Shown here in pieces: positions 10,378-23,259 of a stretch of DNA of 64,000 bases. The stretch covers positions 77,634-141,633 of the forward strand of contig CAWJRR010000003.1 of assembly GCA_963845275.1 (NCBI GenBank). Direction: 5' to 3'. Below the pieces are notes generated by a model. The model was not told where the DNA came from. It did not search any database and saw only the letters and a program-made list of their open reading frames with translations. The position numbers and the translations under genes were made by a program. Each line of letters begins with the position of its first letter. Position 1 is the first letter of the stretch. Source of the stretch: Candidatus Bathyarchaeota archaeon (GTDB lineage Archaea > Thermoproteota > Bathyarchaeia > 40CM-2-53-6).

Positions 10378-10644
10378 ATGAGTCAAGAATCTGAACCGCA
10401 GAAGAGTTTGAAGAAGTTAACTTGGCAATACGAGAATTGCCTCGCCTGTGTGTGGTTCTTCCCGAACGACCCAATCAACGCTGACATACTGGAACGTGGA
10501 ATTTGCGGTCATCCCAAACTAAAACCCTACAGCCTCATCGTCTCAGGACGCGACTGGTGCAACTTGTTCAGCGAGATAAAGCAGAAGCAGATTGACAGCC
10601 GACAAGAAATGGCAATGAAAAAGGAAGAATCAAAGAAAACCTGA
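10378..10644 (+). CDS. Small 4-Cys protein with HiPIP-like spacing (putative 4Fe-4S)
   Basis: CLACVWF...GIC...DWCNLF; no signal peptide. Confidence 0.6.
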   Translation: MSQESEPQKSLKKLTWQYENCLACVWFFPNDPINADILERGICGHPKLKPYSLIVSGRDWCNLFSEIKQKQIDSRQEMAMKKEESKKT

Positions 10645-10816
10645 CTGAAACCCGTACAAGATGCGAAGGGATTCCAATAGTCCCTTTATCCCCTTCACCT
10701 CAGGAACCCTAAGTGAACGCCGCGATTGACAGTCAAAGACCATACTCACGAGTTTTGCGTACCAAAATGTTTTTCACGCAAGTTTCCCATGTCGATGTAG
10801 GAAAGATCTTTAGATC

Positions 10817-11194
10817 ATGATCTATCTCGACGTGATTCCGCCGTTCGAGATGATGCTCTACTTATTGATTGTAGTTCTCTTTCTTGTTACGGGTTTCCTT
10901 AACCTGAAAGATCTCAAGAAGATGAGACGGGATAAGTGGACGCGACAGGATTCAGCAGCTCTCATCCTCAGAATCCTCTTCTATGCATTTCTCCTGAACT
11001 TCCTACTGACATTAGCGATAGACGCTGGAATTCTACTATTTACGGCCTTAAGGTCCCTAGCATCGTTACAGCTCGTCCTACCATTGACTCTTACGTCGCT
11101 TCAGCTCTCGTTTGCTGTACTGCTAGTGACTGCTGTCACGTACGGCTTAGCAAAATGGAAGGATTGGTACGATCTCGTTGACGCAGAATACTGA
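10817..11194 (+). CDS. Membrane protein (about 3 TM), overlapping the AAA-Lon gene
   Basis: Three hydrophobic segments; 17-nt overlap with the next ORF. Confidence 0.75.
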   Translation: MIYLDVIPPFEMMLYLLIVVLFLVTGFLNLKDLKKMRRDKWTRQDSAALILRILFYAFLLNFLLTLAIDAGILLFTALRSLASLQLVLPLTLTSLQLSFAVLLVTAVTYGLAKWKDWYDLVDAEY

Positions 11195-13889
11195 ACCGAC
11201 TCAAGAGTTCAAGTATTGGTGGGTTCAGCGACCTATTGCGAGAAAGCTCCTATGCGTTCCGCTCTACTTCACAACTAGGACCTATCGGTTGTGGCGTAAC
11301 GCAAGACTTACACCGAGAAAGCTTCGAAGGCTGATGCGGGCAATCGATGAGAAGTTCCCGACGACGCACAAGCAGCTCATTGGAAGAGATGATGAATATC
11401 AGCAGGTAATGTCAAGCATTGGTTTTCATGTTGTCAGAGATCGATACGTACTCGATGTTTTCCGAAATGCTCCACCTCCTAAATTCTTCATCTTGAGAGG
11501 CTCAAGCGGAACTGGAAAATCGATACTTGCTCAGGTTTGCATCAGGGAGGGAGTTGTCCATGGGATAATGAACGGAGTGAACGTTCAACCCATGTCGGTA
11601 AGGGGTGCTGATGTTTTCGATCCGTTCTACGGCCAGTCGGCTAGGAACCTGGCACATATCTTCGATCAAGGTTTCAAAACACCAACCATCCTGTTCATCG
11701 ACGAGTTTGAGAGTTTCGGAAAGAAAGTTGACAAGAGTGCCTCGCCGCTAGTACAGTCTGAAGACGTACGTGTTCAGAGCATATTCATCAGTAGTTTAAC
11801 GAGGGTACTCGACACGAAAGTCAGAACGGTAGTGATAGTGGCCACGAACGTGTTTGAGTCGATTAGGGAAGATGTGAGGAGGCGTGGCTTTGTCATAGAT
11901 CTGGATCAAAACGTGAACCGCGAGATGCTTCTGGCAATTCTCACGTCCGAGCTTGCAAACTTTGGATGGAACTACCTCGATCCTGAACAGGTCATGACAG
12001 CTCTTGAAAGAGCCGTAAGCGTTTACAGACAGACGCAACTGACGCCTTTCGACGTTATTGACGCATGCTACAAGGTTAGGAATAAGAAGATAGAACCTCT
12101 GCGGCGGAGTCTCTTTTTGAAGTTTGAAGAGCGCAGCAAGACTCCAAAGGGTTTCACTGTTACGCTCGAAGACTTTGAGCTTGCAGCCAGAGAACTCAGA
12201 GGCTACGTAGAGACCGAGAAGAGCAGTGAAGTCATAAGCTCTATTCTCAAGATTAAACCGTCCATAACCTACGATGATGTTGGCGGCCTATTTGGCGTGA
12301 AGGAGAGGATCTTCAAAGCTATCTCTCTAAGCCTTCGACCCGACTTGGTGAATAAGCTTGGATGGATACCGCCTAAAGGCTTCATACTTTGGGGTGAACC
12401 TGGGTGTGGAAAGACACACATCTCCAAAGCCATAGCCAGAGAGAACGGAGCCTCATTCTTCTATGCTCCAGCCGCCCAACTACTGATAAATGCCAAGTGG
12501 GTTGGCGAACCAGAAAAGAACGTTAAAGACCTTTTCGCCATCGCCAGAAAGGTCGCTCCAAGCGTAGTATTCTTCGACGAATTCGACATAATCGCCGGTA
12601 AGAGAAGAGGCGACCCAGTTGGAGACAAGATAACAGCGCAAATACTCACTGAACTCGACGGCCTTCAACCCCTAGAGAACGTAATCGTTATCGCAGCAAC
12701 GAACAAGCCCGAGATGGTCGATGAAGCGATTCTCAATCGGGTCGAGCCAAACATCCTCGAGATACCTCTCCCAAAGAACGATGAGGAAAGAAATGACATT
12801 ATCGCCATTCACCTCAAACAAAATGCGGCGCACCTACATCCAGAAGTAACGACCAAAAAAGTCTTGAACATCATTAAGCAACATCGAATTGTATCACCGA
12901 GAGTGATGGCTGAAATCATACGAGAGGCCAACCGACTAAGATCTCAAGAGATAATAGCCGCCTGGGAAACCCACAAAGGAGACGAAGAACACCGACAACG
13001 CGCAGCAAAGATGTTCAGAGAAGACCTCGAAAGACTCCGAGAAATCTTGGACATGCACCGCAAAACGGGCGAAACCCCAACTTCTGAAGAAGAAGTACTC
13101 ACTGACAACTACAAGATCCGACTATACCATTTCGAGAAAGCAGCACTACAGCTCGAACAAGATCTCGACAAAGAATTGATAGAAGCACAAGAAAGCCTAA
13201 TGGTAGAAACACTTCAGAGGGGCGTCGCATATGGGATCGCAACAGATCCTCAAGGAAGACGCGGTATCGTACTATTGACAGAGTGCAGTGTCAACAAACA
13301 AGGCACCGGCAAGGTCAGAGTGACAGGAGCAGCTAAGGCAGCGGTCCTTGGACCTGCAACAGCCGTGGAGGACGTGAGCGTCGTGGAGAGTGCAAGAAAT
13401 GTTATCGAGTACATTCGCAGCTACCTCCGTGAAAAACTGAAACTCGACATATCCAAGTACGATTTCACCTTTCAAGTCATAAGTCCGCTCGAAGGCGCTG
13501 CAGGCATGGGAGTAAGCGGTCCAAGCCTAGGAGCAGCCTTCAGTGTAGCAGCCATATCCGAACTATCAGGACTTGGTGTTAGCGCGACGGTTGTGATGAC
13601 AGGGAAAGGTGACATCAAAGGAAACGTTGGCCCCGTAGGCGGAGTCGGCTGGAGAGGAGCAGGCAAATTCCTTGCAGCAACCCAGACAAAGAAGATAAAA
13701 ATACAGAAATTCTTGCTACCCCAATGGAACTATGAAAAGTCGGCAGACGAATGGCAGGTACTCCAAGACAAGAACATAACTGTAATACCCGTGAAGTCCC
13801 AGATTGAAGTCTGGGAACACGCATTAGGAGTAGATAACGAACAAATAACTCGAAGACTCGAACTCGCGCTTAACAGCGACGTAGAGTAG
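11178..13889 (+). CDS. Tandem AAA+ ATPase (Cdc48/VAT-like D1+D2) fused to a C-terminal Lon (S16) serine protease domain
   Basis: D1: GSSGTGKS, ILFIDEFE, VATN. D2: GEPGCGKT, KWVGE, VVFFDEFD, AATNKPEMVDEAILNR. C-terminus: GPSLG...MTG...PVGGV...KFLAA. Confidence 0.9.
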   Translation: MTQNTEPTQEFKYWWVQRPIARKLLCVPLYFTTRTYRLWRNARLTPRKLRRLMRAIDEKFPTTHKQLIGRDDEYQQVMSSIGFHVVRDRYVLDVFRNAPPPKFFILRGSSGTGKSILAQVCIREGVVHGIMNGVNVQPMSVRGADVFDPFYGQSARNLAHIFDQGFKTPTILFIDEFESFGKKVDKSASPLVQSEDVRVQSIFISSLTRVLDTKVRTVVIVATNVFESIREDVRRRGFVIDLDQNVNREMLLAILTSELANFGWNYLDPEQVMTALERAVSVYRQTQLTPFDVIDACYKVRNKKIEPLRRSLFLKFEERSKTPKGFTVTLEDFELAARELRGYVETEKSSEVISSILKIKPSITYDDVGGLFGVKERIFKAISLSLRPDLVNKLGWIPPKGFILWGEPGCGKTHISKAIARENGASFFYAPAAQLLINAKWVGEPEKNVKDLFAIARKVAPSVVFFDEFDIIAGKRRGDPVGDKITAQILTELDGLQPLENVIVIAATNKPEMVDEAILNRVEPNILEIPLPKNDEERNDIIAIHLKQNAAHLHPEVTTKKVLNIIKQHRIVSPRVMAEIIREANRLRSQEIIAAWETHKGDEEHRQRAAKMFREDLERLREILDMHRKTGETPTSEEEVLTDNYKIRLYHFEKAALQLEQDLDKELIEAQESLMVETLQRGVAYGIATDPQGRRGIVLLTECSVNKQGTGKVRVTGAAKAAVLGPATAVEDVSVVESARNVIEYIRSYLREKLKLDISKYDFTFQVISPLEGAAGMGVSGPSLGAAFSVAAISELSGLGVSATVVMTGKGDIKGNVGPVGGVGWRGAGKFLAATQTKKIKIQKFLLPQWNYEKSADEWQVLQDKNITVIPVKSQIEVWEHALGVDNEQITRRLELALNSDVE

Positions 13890-13937
13890 AGGCTTGAGCT
13901 TCAACTAATCGTAGCTTACGACTGCAAGTCTTACCAA

Positions 13938-14309
13938 TCAATTGTTATTAATTTTCAGGCGCTTCGCGATCAAACCATCAATACTCAGCGAGGGACTTCC
14001 GTTTAGAAGCAACACCAATGACGCACTCAACAGCAAAGCATGCACCAACCCTTGCCCGATGTTCCCACTCAAAAGAAGAGGAGTATCGATTATCGCGAAC
14101 TCTATTACTCCCCACACAGCCGCTAACCGCGTCATAAACCCCAAGATGAACGAAATTGCCGCGAGAGTCTCGAGTAGAGTGAAAAAATAGGTTAACGGCA
14201 CCACCATGCCCACACCAAACAGATTCCGAACCAGACCGTTCGCTTCTGGGGACTGAGACACTAACGCTGCCCATCGTGGAATATCGGAATGTAACCAGAA
14301 AGCAGCCAC
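13938..14309 (-). CDS. DoxX family membrane protein (true start probably further upstream)
   Basis: PLRVVVA upstream in frame; LETLAAISFILGFMTRLAA and GSPSLSIDGL motifs. Confidence 0.75.
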   Translation of the reverse strand: MAAFWLHSDIPRWAALVSQSPEANGLVRNLFGVGMVVPLTYFFTLLETLAAISFILGFMTRLAAVWGVIEFAIIDTPLLLSGNIGQGLVHALLLSASLVLLLNGSPSLSIDGLIAKRLKINNN

Positions 14310-14530
14310 GACAACTCTCAGCGGAACAAACGCGTAACCGCCCCAACCCTCAGCATCAGCAAAAAGAAAAGCTGCAAACTTTGAACCAGTCAGATCAAAA
14401 ACACCTTATTCGTAAATGGCCGCTAGTGGATTCAGATATGTCTATCCCTCAGCGGTCTTAACATCACAGTCGAAAACTCTAGCGCTTACGTCTAGTAGGG
14501 TGAGCCAACCGATTTTGGAGTTTCATGGTT

Positions 14531-15091
14531 TTAGTTCGATCTCAATAGGTCAGCGGTCTCGACCACCTTTGCGAACTCTCCATTCAGACTCGATAAACCG
14601 ACAGCGTGCACCTCTTCTGCGTCAAAATGTCTCCCATCAGACCCAACACGATCAAAAGTGGCTGTCGCATCGGAGACCACGTACGTCTCGAAACCGAGAT
14701 CCCCTGCCATACGAGCCGTTGTCGAGACGCAATGATCTGTCTCGAGACCAACTATGACAACCGAACCAATCCCACGATTGCGAAGCTGCTTCTCCAAATC
14801 CGTCCCTATGAAGGCGCTGCTAACATTCTTCTGGATGACAGGCTCTGCGGCTCTCGGCGCTACGACTCCCTTGATCGGATGCCCACTTGAACCGGGAGCA
14901 AAAGGTGAATCCTTGAATCGCGAGCTATGCTGAATATGGAAGATTGGACGGCTTGCAGTGCGCCAGACTTCAAGAAGCTTGGCGATATTAGCTTCCGCGT
15001 TCTGGTTATTTCTCTTGCCCAAGCGGGGATCGTCCATACCCTTCTGCACATCGACTATTATGAGCGCGGTGTTCTGGGGTAGATGAATCAC
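14531..15091 (-). CDS. Isochorismatase-family cysteine hydrolase
   Basis: ALIIVDVQ, K..SSAF.GT, GLETDHCVSTTAR motifs. Confidence 0.92.
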   Translation of the reverse strand: MIHLPQNTALIIVDVQKGMDDPRLGKRNNQNAEANIAKLLEVWRTASRPIFHIQHSSRFKDSPFAPGSSGHPIKGVVAPRAAEPVIQKNVSSAFIGTDLEKQLRNRGIGSVVIVGLETDHCVSTTARMAGDLGFETYVVSDATATFDRVGSDGRHFDAEEVHAVGLSSLNGEFAKVVETADLLRSN

Positions 15092-15391
15092 GAGGCTGTC
15101 ACCCTCTGTCTCGCTTCTCTGCGCTTCTTTTCCAAGAGGAATCCGAAAAGTCGGCTAACCAAAACCACTCAGCTCCCAAATAGAACCTCTGTCTCTTTAT
15201 GAAAATCTTTGCTCTAAGTGATCGTTACTGAGACTGAAAGATAGCTGGGTGTCCGTCTGGGAGGGGTCCGCAGTCATTAACTAGCTACACTGCGGCACAT
15301 TACCATCGTCTTTAAGACGTTAGGTCCTGTGTTACGGATCATGCTTGGAAAACGAATCTATCCTCACTTCCGCCAGTTTCTACTAACAACT

Positions 15392-16207
15392 CTATGCTCG
15401 TAGTTGGGCTCCGCAGCTTGTGCAGAAGCGCTTCCTTGCATTCACGGTTGCTCCACACCGTCCACACGTGCGTGTTCTTGCCGGAGATGGAGTCGCAGTC
15501 AGCATACTCGCTTGCTTCCCGCAGTTGAGGCAAAAAGCGTCTGACGCGTCCATTTCTGCTCCGCAGAATCTGCAGGTCTTCCCCACTGTTTTACTATCGG
15601 TGGGAAGAGCTGGTTTTGTTATTTGGCGGGTTTCGAGAATCGGAATGCTTCGTTGCGTCAATCGTAACGTGCCCTGTGGTTGACTAGGAACCCACCACCC
15701 ATCTCCCTGAACGTACCATTTCGAAGTATTAACACCGATAGACCAGTATTTTCCTTGTTCATCAACCATCAGTAGGTCTTGAACGGTTGTCACGTACGCA
15801 CTCTCATCCTGATCACGAATTTTGCTGAGGTTGCTCGCTATTACTTGTGGCGTGTACCTTCGCTGATCTGTCTCATTTGATGGTTTCGCGATCGCTTCAA
15901 TCTTAGACCCACACTTGGCGCAGTACTTGGTGCGTCTTCCTGAGATTGCACCACAGCTACCGCAACGGATACTGGTGATTGGACTCATAGACGAACTCGG
16001 AGCGGACTGAATCTGTTGGGTCGCTTGTGGAAGCGAACTCTTCTTAAGAACGGTTCCCTGTGCGCGTTTTTTGGAGCTCCTGTTCAAGAAGATGCCTAGA
16101 ACGAAGCAGCCGATGGTTGTGACGATGACGTTCCCGGTTATGAAGTTGAGGACGATTCCAACAAGAACCAGCAAAACGGAACTAGCGATCCGGTTAATCG
16201 TCTTCAC
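15392..16207 (-). CDS. Membrane protein with multiple zinc ribbons and a Trp-rich module
   Basis: Two N-terminal TMs, six CxxC pairs, DEQGKYWSIG...WYVQGDGWW segment. Confidence 0.8.
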   Translation of the reverse strand: MKTINRIASSVLLVLVGIVLNFITGNVIVTTIGCFVLGIFLNRSSKKRAQGTVLKKSSLPQATQQIQSAPSSSMSPITSIRCGSCGAISGRRTKYCAKCGSKIEAIAKPSNETDQRRYTPQVIASNLSKIRDQDESAYVTTVQDLLMVDEQGKYWSIGVNTSKWYVQGDGWWVPSQPQGTLRLTQRSIPILETRQITKPALPTDSKTVGKTCRFCGAEMDASDAFCLNCGKQASMLTATPSPARTRTCGRCGATVNARKRFCTSCGAQLRA

Positions 16208-18450
16208 GCTCCAAAACGATCCTCACCAATTTCGCTTCCCCTTTATCTCCAATTCCTGTGACCAATGGGTGCACCTTCATCCCCTCAGTTGCGCTGTCCT
16301 GCGGTCCGTGTTGTGTGATCGATTTCATTTTTTCAATTGCCGCTCGCTTTTGTATCTCTAGCTGCTTCAATTCGTTCGTCAATGCTTGTTGTTGTTGTCC
16401 TATCTGGTCAAGTTTAACGGCGGGTCTCTGCCACCAGGATTGAGCACTCGTTGGTTTTGTGGCATACGTGGGCTGATCACCAACCAACGCGCGTTCCAGG
16501 CCCCTGCTCGCGACGTCGGCAGGCCTGTTTGAAAGGTTGTCCTTGGGCTCCGGCGGGGGAGTTTGAGAGTCGGATGCACCTTCGCGCCCGGTAAGTTGAT
16601 TTACTTTTTGGGTGAAGTCTTGCTGTGCCTTCAGTTCTTCCGTTAATGCCTGCTGGCCCTCTGGAGTACTATACCATTTGCTAAGTATATTTTGTTGGGT
16701 CTGCGAGTCCGTTAGGGCTCCACCAAGTCCCTTCTCCGGATTCGTTATCAGTCCAGGGTCTGGTTTATGATAAGTCTGCGCGATTTGGTTTAGAGTGTTC
16801 TGATACTGTTGATATGCGTCCGTAAGTTGAGCGGTTCCTGCGATGAACCTTCCGCCTATGTTACCCTCTGATACCTTCAATTTGTTGACCTCTCCCTGGA
16901 GAGAGTTCAATTGGTCCCAGATCTGGCTTGCGCGCTGATTTACCGCGCCGAGCGTTAGCTGGGCAGTTTGGTACTCGGTTGCGTCTTTCTGCGTCATCGT
17001 AACTTCACCGTTCGGGGTAGTCTGTGACACGGGCTGTTCATCGGGGTTGAGATCAACCTGGCCTGAACCTCCTCGTGCCTTATCCGCCTGGTTCAGGTCA
17101 TTTTGGATATCCCCTGGAGATCGGTTATGTTGGATTCCCCATTGGATGGTTTGCTTCACTTGGTCCTGAGTGAGGGTGCTGTTTCCATAAAGGGATGAAC
17201 CGTCTGGCGGTTGTACAGGCGGTGTCTCTGGCGGTTGTACAGGCGGGGCAGCAGCTGTTGAAGCTGGCGAAGTATCAGGTGATGGTTCACCTGTGCTGGC
17301 TTGTCCAGATGGAGAGGGCATACCATGAGAATCGGCTATGGCGTTACGAGTGCAAATATCAGCTGCGGTGTAGGCGAGAGCGCTTGCTCCAGCTCCAGCG
17401 ACGCCTGCAACGGCTCCCTGCGCGGTCGTGGTTACGGCATTTTTGAGTGCTATGGAGATAGCTGACGAGATGCAGGCAGCCGGGTCTGGAAGCAGAGAAC
17501 TGCAATCGCAGCAGTCACTCCCACTTGAAGATTGGAGGACACGGAATGCGAAGGTCATTGCCACTGGGAGCATTGAATAGGCGAAGGGTCGTAGTTCGAT
17601 AAGTTCAGGATTCGTGATCGTCTTCCGCACTTTAGCCCAAAGGCCTTCCGTGACAGTATACCTGATCGTTCTTTGGAATCGTCGAAGCTTCACCTTGAGA
17701 ATGTTCTCCCGTATACGCAGCAAGCTTTGGCCCACGCAAGCTGCGAGAAATTGCTCCGAATTCCTAGATGATTCACCGGAAGAAGATAGATGATCGAATA
17801 CGTTGAAGCAGACCTTCACTCTTATCCTTCTGAAAGTCTACGTACCCGTCGAGCAGGTAAGCTATGCGCCAACATGTCGGCCGACTTCCGCGAGGTGACC
17901 CGCGTTACCCGGTGCACCTGCCAATGTAGCGGTGTGAGAGAAGATCTTAGAGTACATCTCCTCCGTCGTTCCAGAATAGTACGCTAATTCTCTACTGGCC
18001 ACGGCTTCGCGTCTATGCTGCTCCTCAACTAAGCTCGTAGAGGGAGGGAAGTTTTAGTCCGAGTTTGCGAAGCGCCTGTTCGGCTTCCCTGATCTTTGAC
18101 CGCCAGACTGCCAGTTGAACTTTAGATTGAATAGAAGGAGCGTCGTGCAAGTTGTCGATAAGGCCGACTCCGGCAACTAACACTGAGACGGCGGCTGGAT
18201 ACTCGAACTCTGGCATGCAAAATGAATCTCTAGACCAGGGTCGACACCGTTCAGGCCGCGTTAGGGTTCCGCATGGGATTTGACTTCGCTGGCCGGCTAG
18301 GAGGAGCGATAGGTAAACTGAATCGTTTGTGAGCATCAGACGTGATGCTCTACCGAACTTTGAGGCAAGCGCGTTGCAGACATTACAGGAATAGAAACTT
18401 CTCTTATCTCTCTCAAGACCACAGGAATTAAGGTCTAGTAAACCAAACAT
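16194..18450 (-). CDS. DUF5685-like domain fused to a Cys cluster, a hydrophobic segment and a P/Q-rich tail; about 3 frameshifts between 17810 and 18050
   Basis: MFG..YSCNVCNALASKFGRASRLMLTND N-terminus. IAYLLDGYVDFQKDKSEG.FN is recoverable across frames and joins the 541-aa ORF containing SDCCDC. Confidence 0.65.
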
Positions 18451-18575
18451 GCCATATTCACTTCATTCTCAATACTCGTGATTCAGTACACCCAACGAAG
18501 GCAGCGAAGCAACATGCTGCACGCTGACAGGCAAGACGAACGCCTTCACTTCCAATATTCGCTGTCCGCATCATG

Positions 18576-19364
18576 TCAACCATCCTCCGTGCTAGCGCCG
18601 CATTCGGGACAGAACGTGGCGTCGATCGGAATTGGCTTTCCGCAGTCGCCGCAGAATTTCCCGCTGATAGGTAAAGCCTGCTTCTCTGCGACTGTGGCAG
18701 TTCCCGTCTTTTTGCTAGAGCGGTGCCGGAGTGCAAGAAAAGCCGAGGCGAGAACCAACACGAGAAGGATGACGTACAATCCGTACTGTTGAACAGGCTG
18801 CGTGACTGGAACCTCAGTTACGACCGGTACGAATACGGTGGTGACGGCTTGGGAGATATACGCGTAATCTACGTTAACACTGGCTGAGTTGGTTGGCGAA
18901 AAGTTCAGGAGAAGCAGATAGTAATCCCCGGTGGACGATGCGATCATGTCGATGTAGCCCTTGGACACGTCCTCCCGACTATACTGCACGCTGCTTCCAA
19001 TAGCACAGCTGGGCGCTGCCGCCCACGTCTGATAATCACTTGCAGTCATGATGTAGAATGAGATTGGAATATTCGACGTGACGTCAACGGAGATGGTATC
19101 ACCCTTAGTTATCTTGAACGGCCCATACGGTTGGTCCATACACGCGTACGTTCCCCCCGTCGGCTGAATGACGAACATGGTGGTGTACGCGGCCGTGTAA
19201 AACATGGTTGAGAGGCCTTGCGTTGTTCCTATCGTAGTTAATGTTAGAGACTGGCCTACACCAGCCGGCATCCCGAGCAGTGCAAACAAGGCAACCAACA
19301 GGAGCAGGGATGAAACCAGTTCTCTGCCCGACAAACAGCCTAACCACTTACACTGATCACCCAC
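18576..19364 (-). CDS. Exported domain + TM + C-terminal zinc-ribbon protein
   Basis: Signal peptide, TM, then FCGDCG...FCPECG. Confidence 0.8.
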   Translation of the reverse strand: MGDQCKWLGCLSGRELVSSLLLLVALFALLGMPAGVGQSLTLTTIGTTQGLSTMFYTAAYTTMFVIQPTGGTYACMDQPYGPFKITKGDTISVDVTSNIPISFYIMTASDYQTWAAAPSCAIGSSVQYSREDVSKGYIDMIASSTGDYYLLLLNFSPTNSASVNVDYAYISQAVTTVFVPVVTEVPVTQPVQQYGLYVILLVLVLASAFLALRHRSSKKTGTATVAEKQALPISGKFCGDCGKPIPIDATFCPECGASTEDG

Positions 19365-19525
19365 AATATTACTGGCTTTAGCAATAAAATTTCGCTATTC
19401 ATAGGGACGAAACATGACTCTCGGAATCCTAACGCAGGTTTGCATTCGTCAAAAACATTTCTTGATTCATGATGATGAAGGATTCAGATCGAACGCTTGC
19501 TCAACAATCCCCGAGATTTGAGACC

Positions 19526-19657
19526 TTAAACCGACATCAAATTTAGCACTTAATCACTCAAACGATTTTTCGCCGACTATTAGTATACTATTATAGCTCG
19601 GCAAATAAGTCGTGGGTGTCGATGTCGATTTAAGGCCTTAATTCGTTGTCGATTTAA
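19526..19657. repeat. Array of TTAAAYCGA-NN-TCGRTTTAA-like palindromes
   Basis: Copies at 19526, 19614 (half) and 19638; same motif at 30404 and 30428. Confidence 0.7.
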
Positions 19658-19969
19658 GCTACCCCCGCGAGCAACGAAATTTGAACCGTCGTAGTTCGTC
19701 ATAAAAGTGTGTGTGCACACCACTGGACCCATACTCTTGACGTGTAAGGTCAGCGCTCTCGTATTCATCGAAATGACGTTCACAACCCTGTTCGTTGATG
19801 TATCACCGTGGCACGCTTCCAAGATCCATACGGAATCCTTTGAACATTCGAGATACGTAAATGGAAAATGCGTCTGGTTGAGAATGAAAATAGGGAAACC
19901 TAAACTCACAGAACGTACGAGAGTAATAATCACAGATGTTTGAGTCTGTTGAGATATTTTTCTTGTGTG

Positions 19970-20507
19970 ATGCTCATGCGAAGCAAATACCTGCTAGTTT
20001 TGGGATTGATCTCGATAAGTCTTCTGCCTGCCCAGTTAGCTGCCGGTCAGACTTGCGGTCTAAATTATCAATTACTTACAAACTCGGGCACCGTGTACGG
20101 CTTAGTTGGAATGGAGGAGTTTGGAGAGTATTCAGAACCAAACAAACGTAATAATTACGGGAAAGCTGCTTCCCTACAATTCGTCAGACTTCATAAATCC
20201 AACGCCAAAATATGGTGGCACAATTATTGTCCTTCTTCTCGAGTCAACTGTGACTACACAGCCCTGGTATAGCGTAACCGTAATTGAAGCAGCGAGCTCA
20301 ACTTGGACGACGACTCAGGCAAACAATCCCGCACCAACATCCCAGATCATAACCATGGCGGGAATATGTGTCACTCATTACGGAAATTGTGCTCAACCTC
20401 TCATGACAAGTTCATGGTGGAATGGAAACGCAGTAGCAGTAGTGTTTGGCGTCACTATTCTAGTTGCAATTTTCTTCGTCCTCTCTAAGACGAAGCGAAG
20501 AGAATAG
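19970..20507 (+). CDS. Secreted membrane-anchored hypothetical protein, frameshifted near 20100
   Basis: Signal peptide MLMRSKYLLVLGLISISLLP in one frame; T-rich linker and C-terminal TM+KTKRRE in the next. Confidence 0.55.
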
Positions 20508-20698
20508 AGCGATTCGTCAGTGAGCAGCTATTCCATATGCCATTAGAGAACTGTCGAGTTGCGACACTGATCAAGTTTACTCAGCAATAAACAGGCTGCA
20601 AGATTGTTGCATGAATGCATAGATCACGTATAGAGTGATATGCACAGTACAAACATCACGCTGGTTAGACCTCGATAAACTAGGCGGCTCCCCTAAGT

Positions 20699-23096
<2,398 letters not shown>

Positions 23097-23224
23097 TTCA
23101 ACATAACTGTCGAAGACTTGCGGTGAACTAATTCTGAAGCAGAACATGTTACCCGTTTAAGCGCTTAAATTGACATTGATCGACGCTAGAAATCAGGTTA
23201 CCCACTTTTTTGCAAAGCTCGTTG

Positions 23225-23250
23225 AAAAAGAGGAAAAAAGGAAAAGGGAG
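23225..23250 (-). terminator. Oligo-U/pyrimidine terminator after the S53 peptidase gene
   Basis: Minus strand CTCCCTTTTCCTTTTTTCCTCTTTTT, about 10 nt after the stop codon. Confidence 0.55.
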
Positions 23251-23259
23251 TAGAGAGGT

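Noticed and set aside
19526..19660. CRISPR array
   Set aside because: Only 2-3 palindromic copies, no unique spacers and no cas genes.
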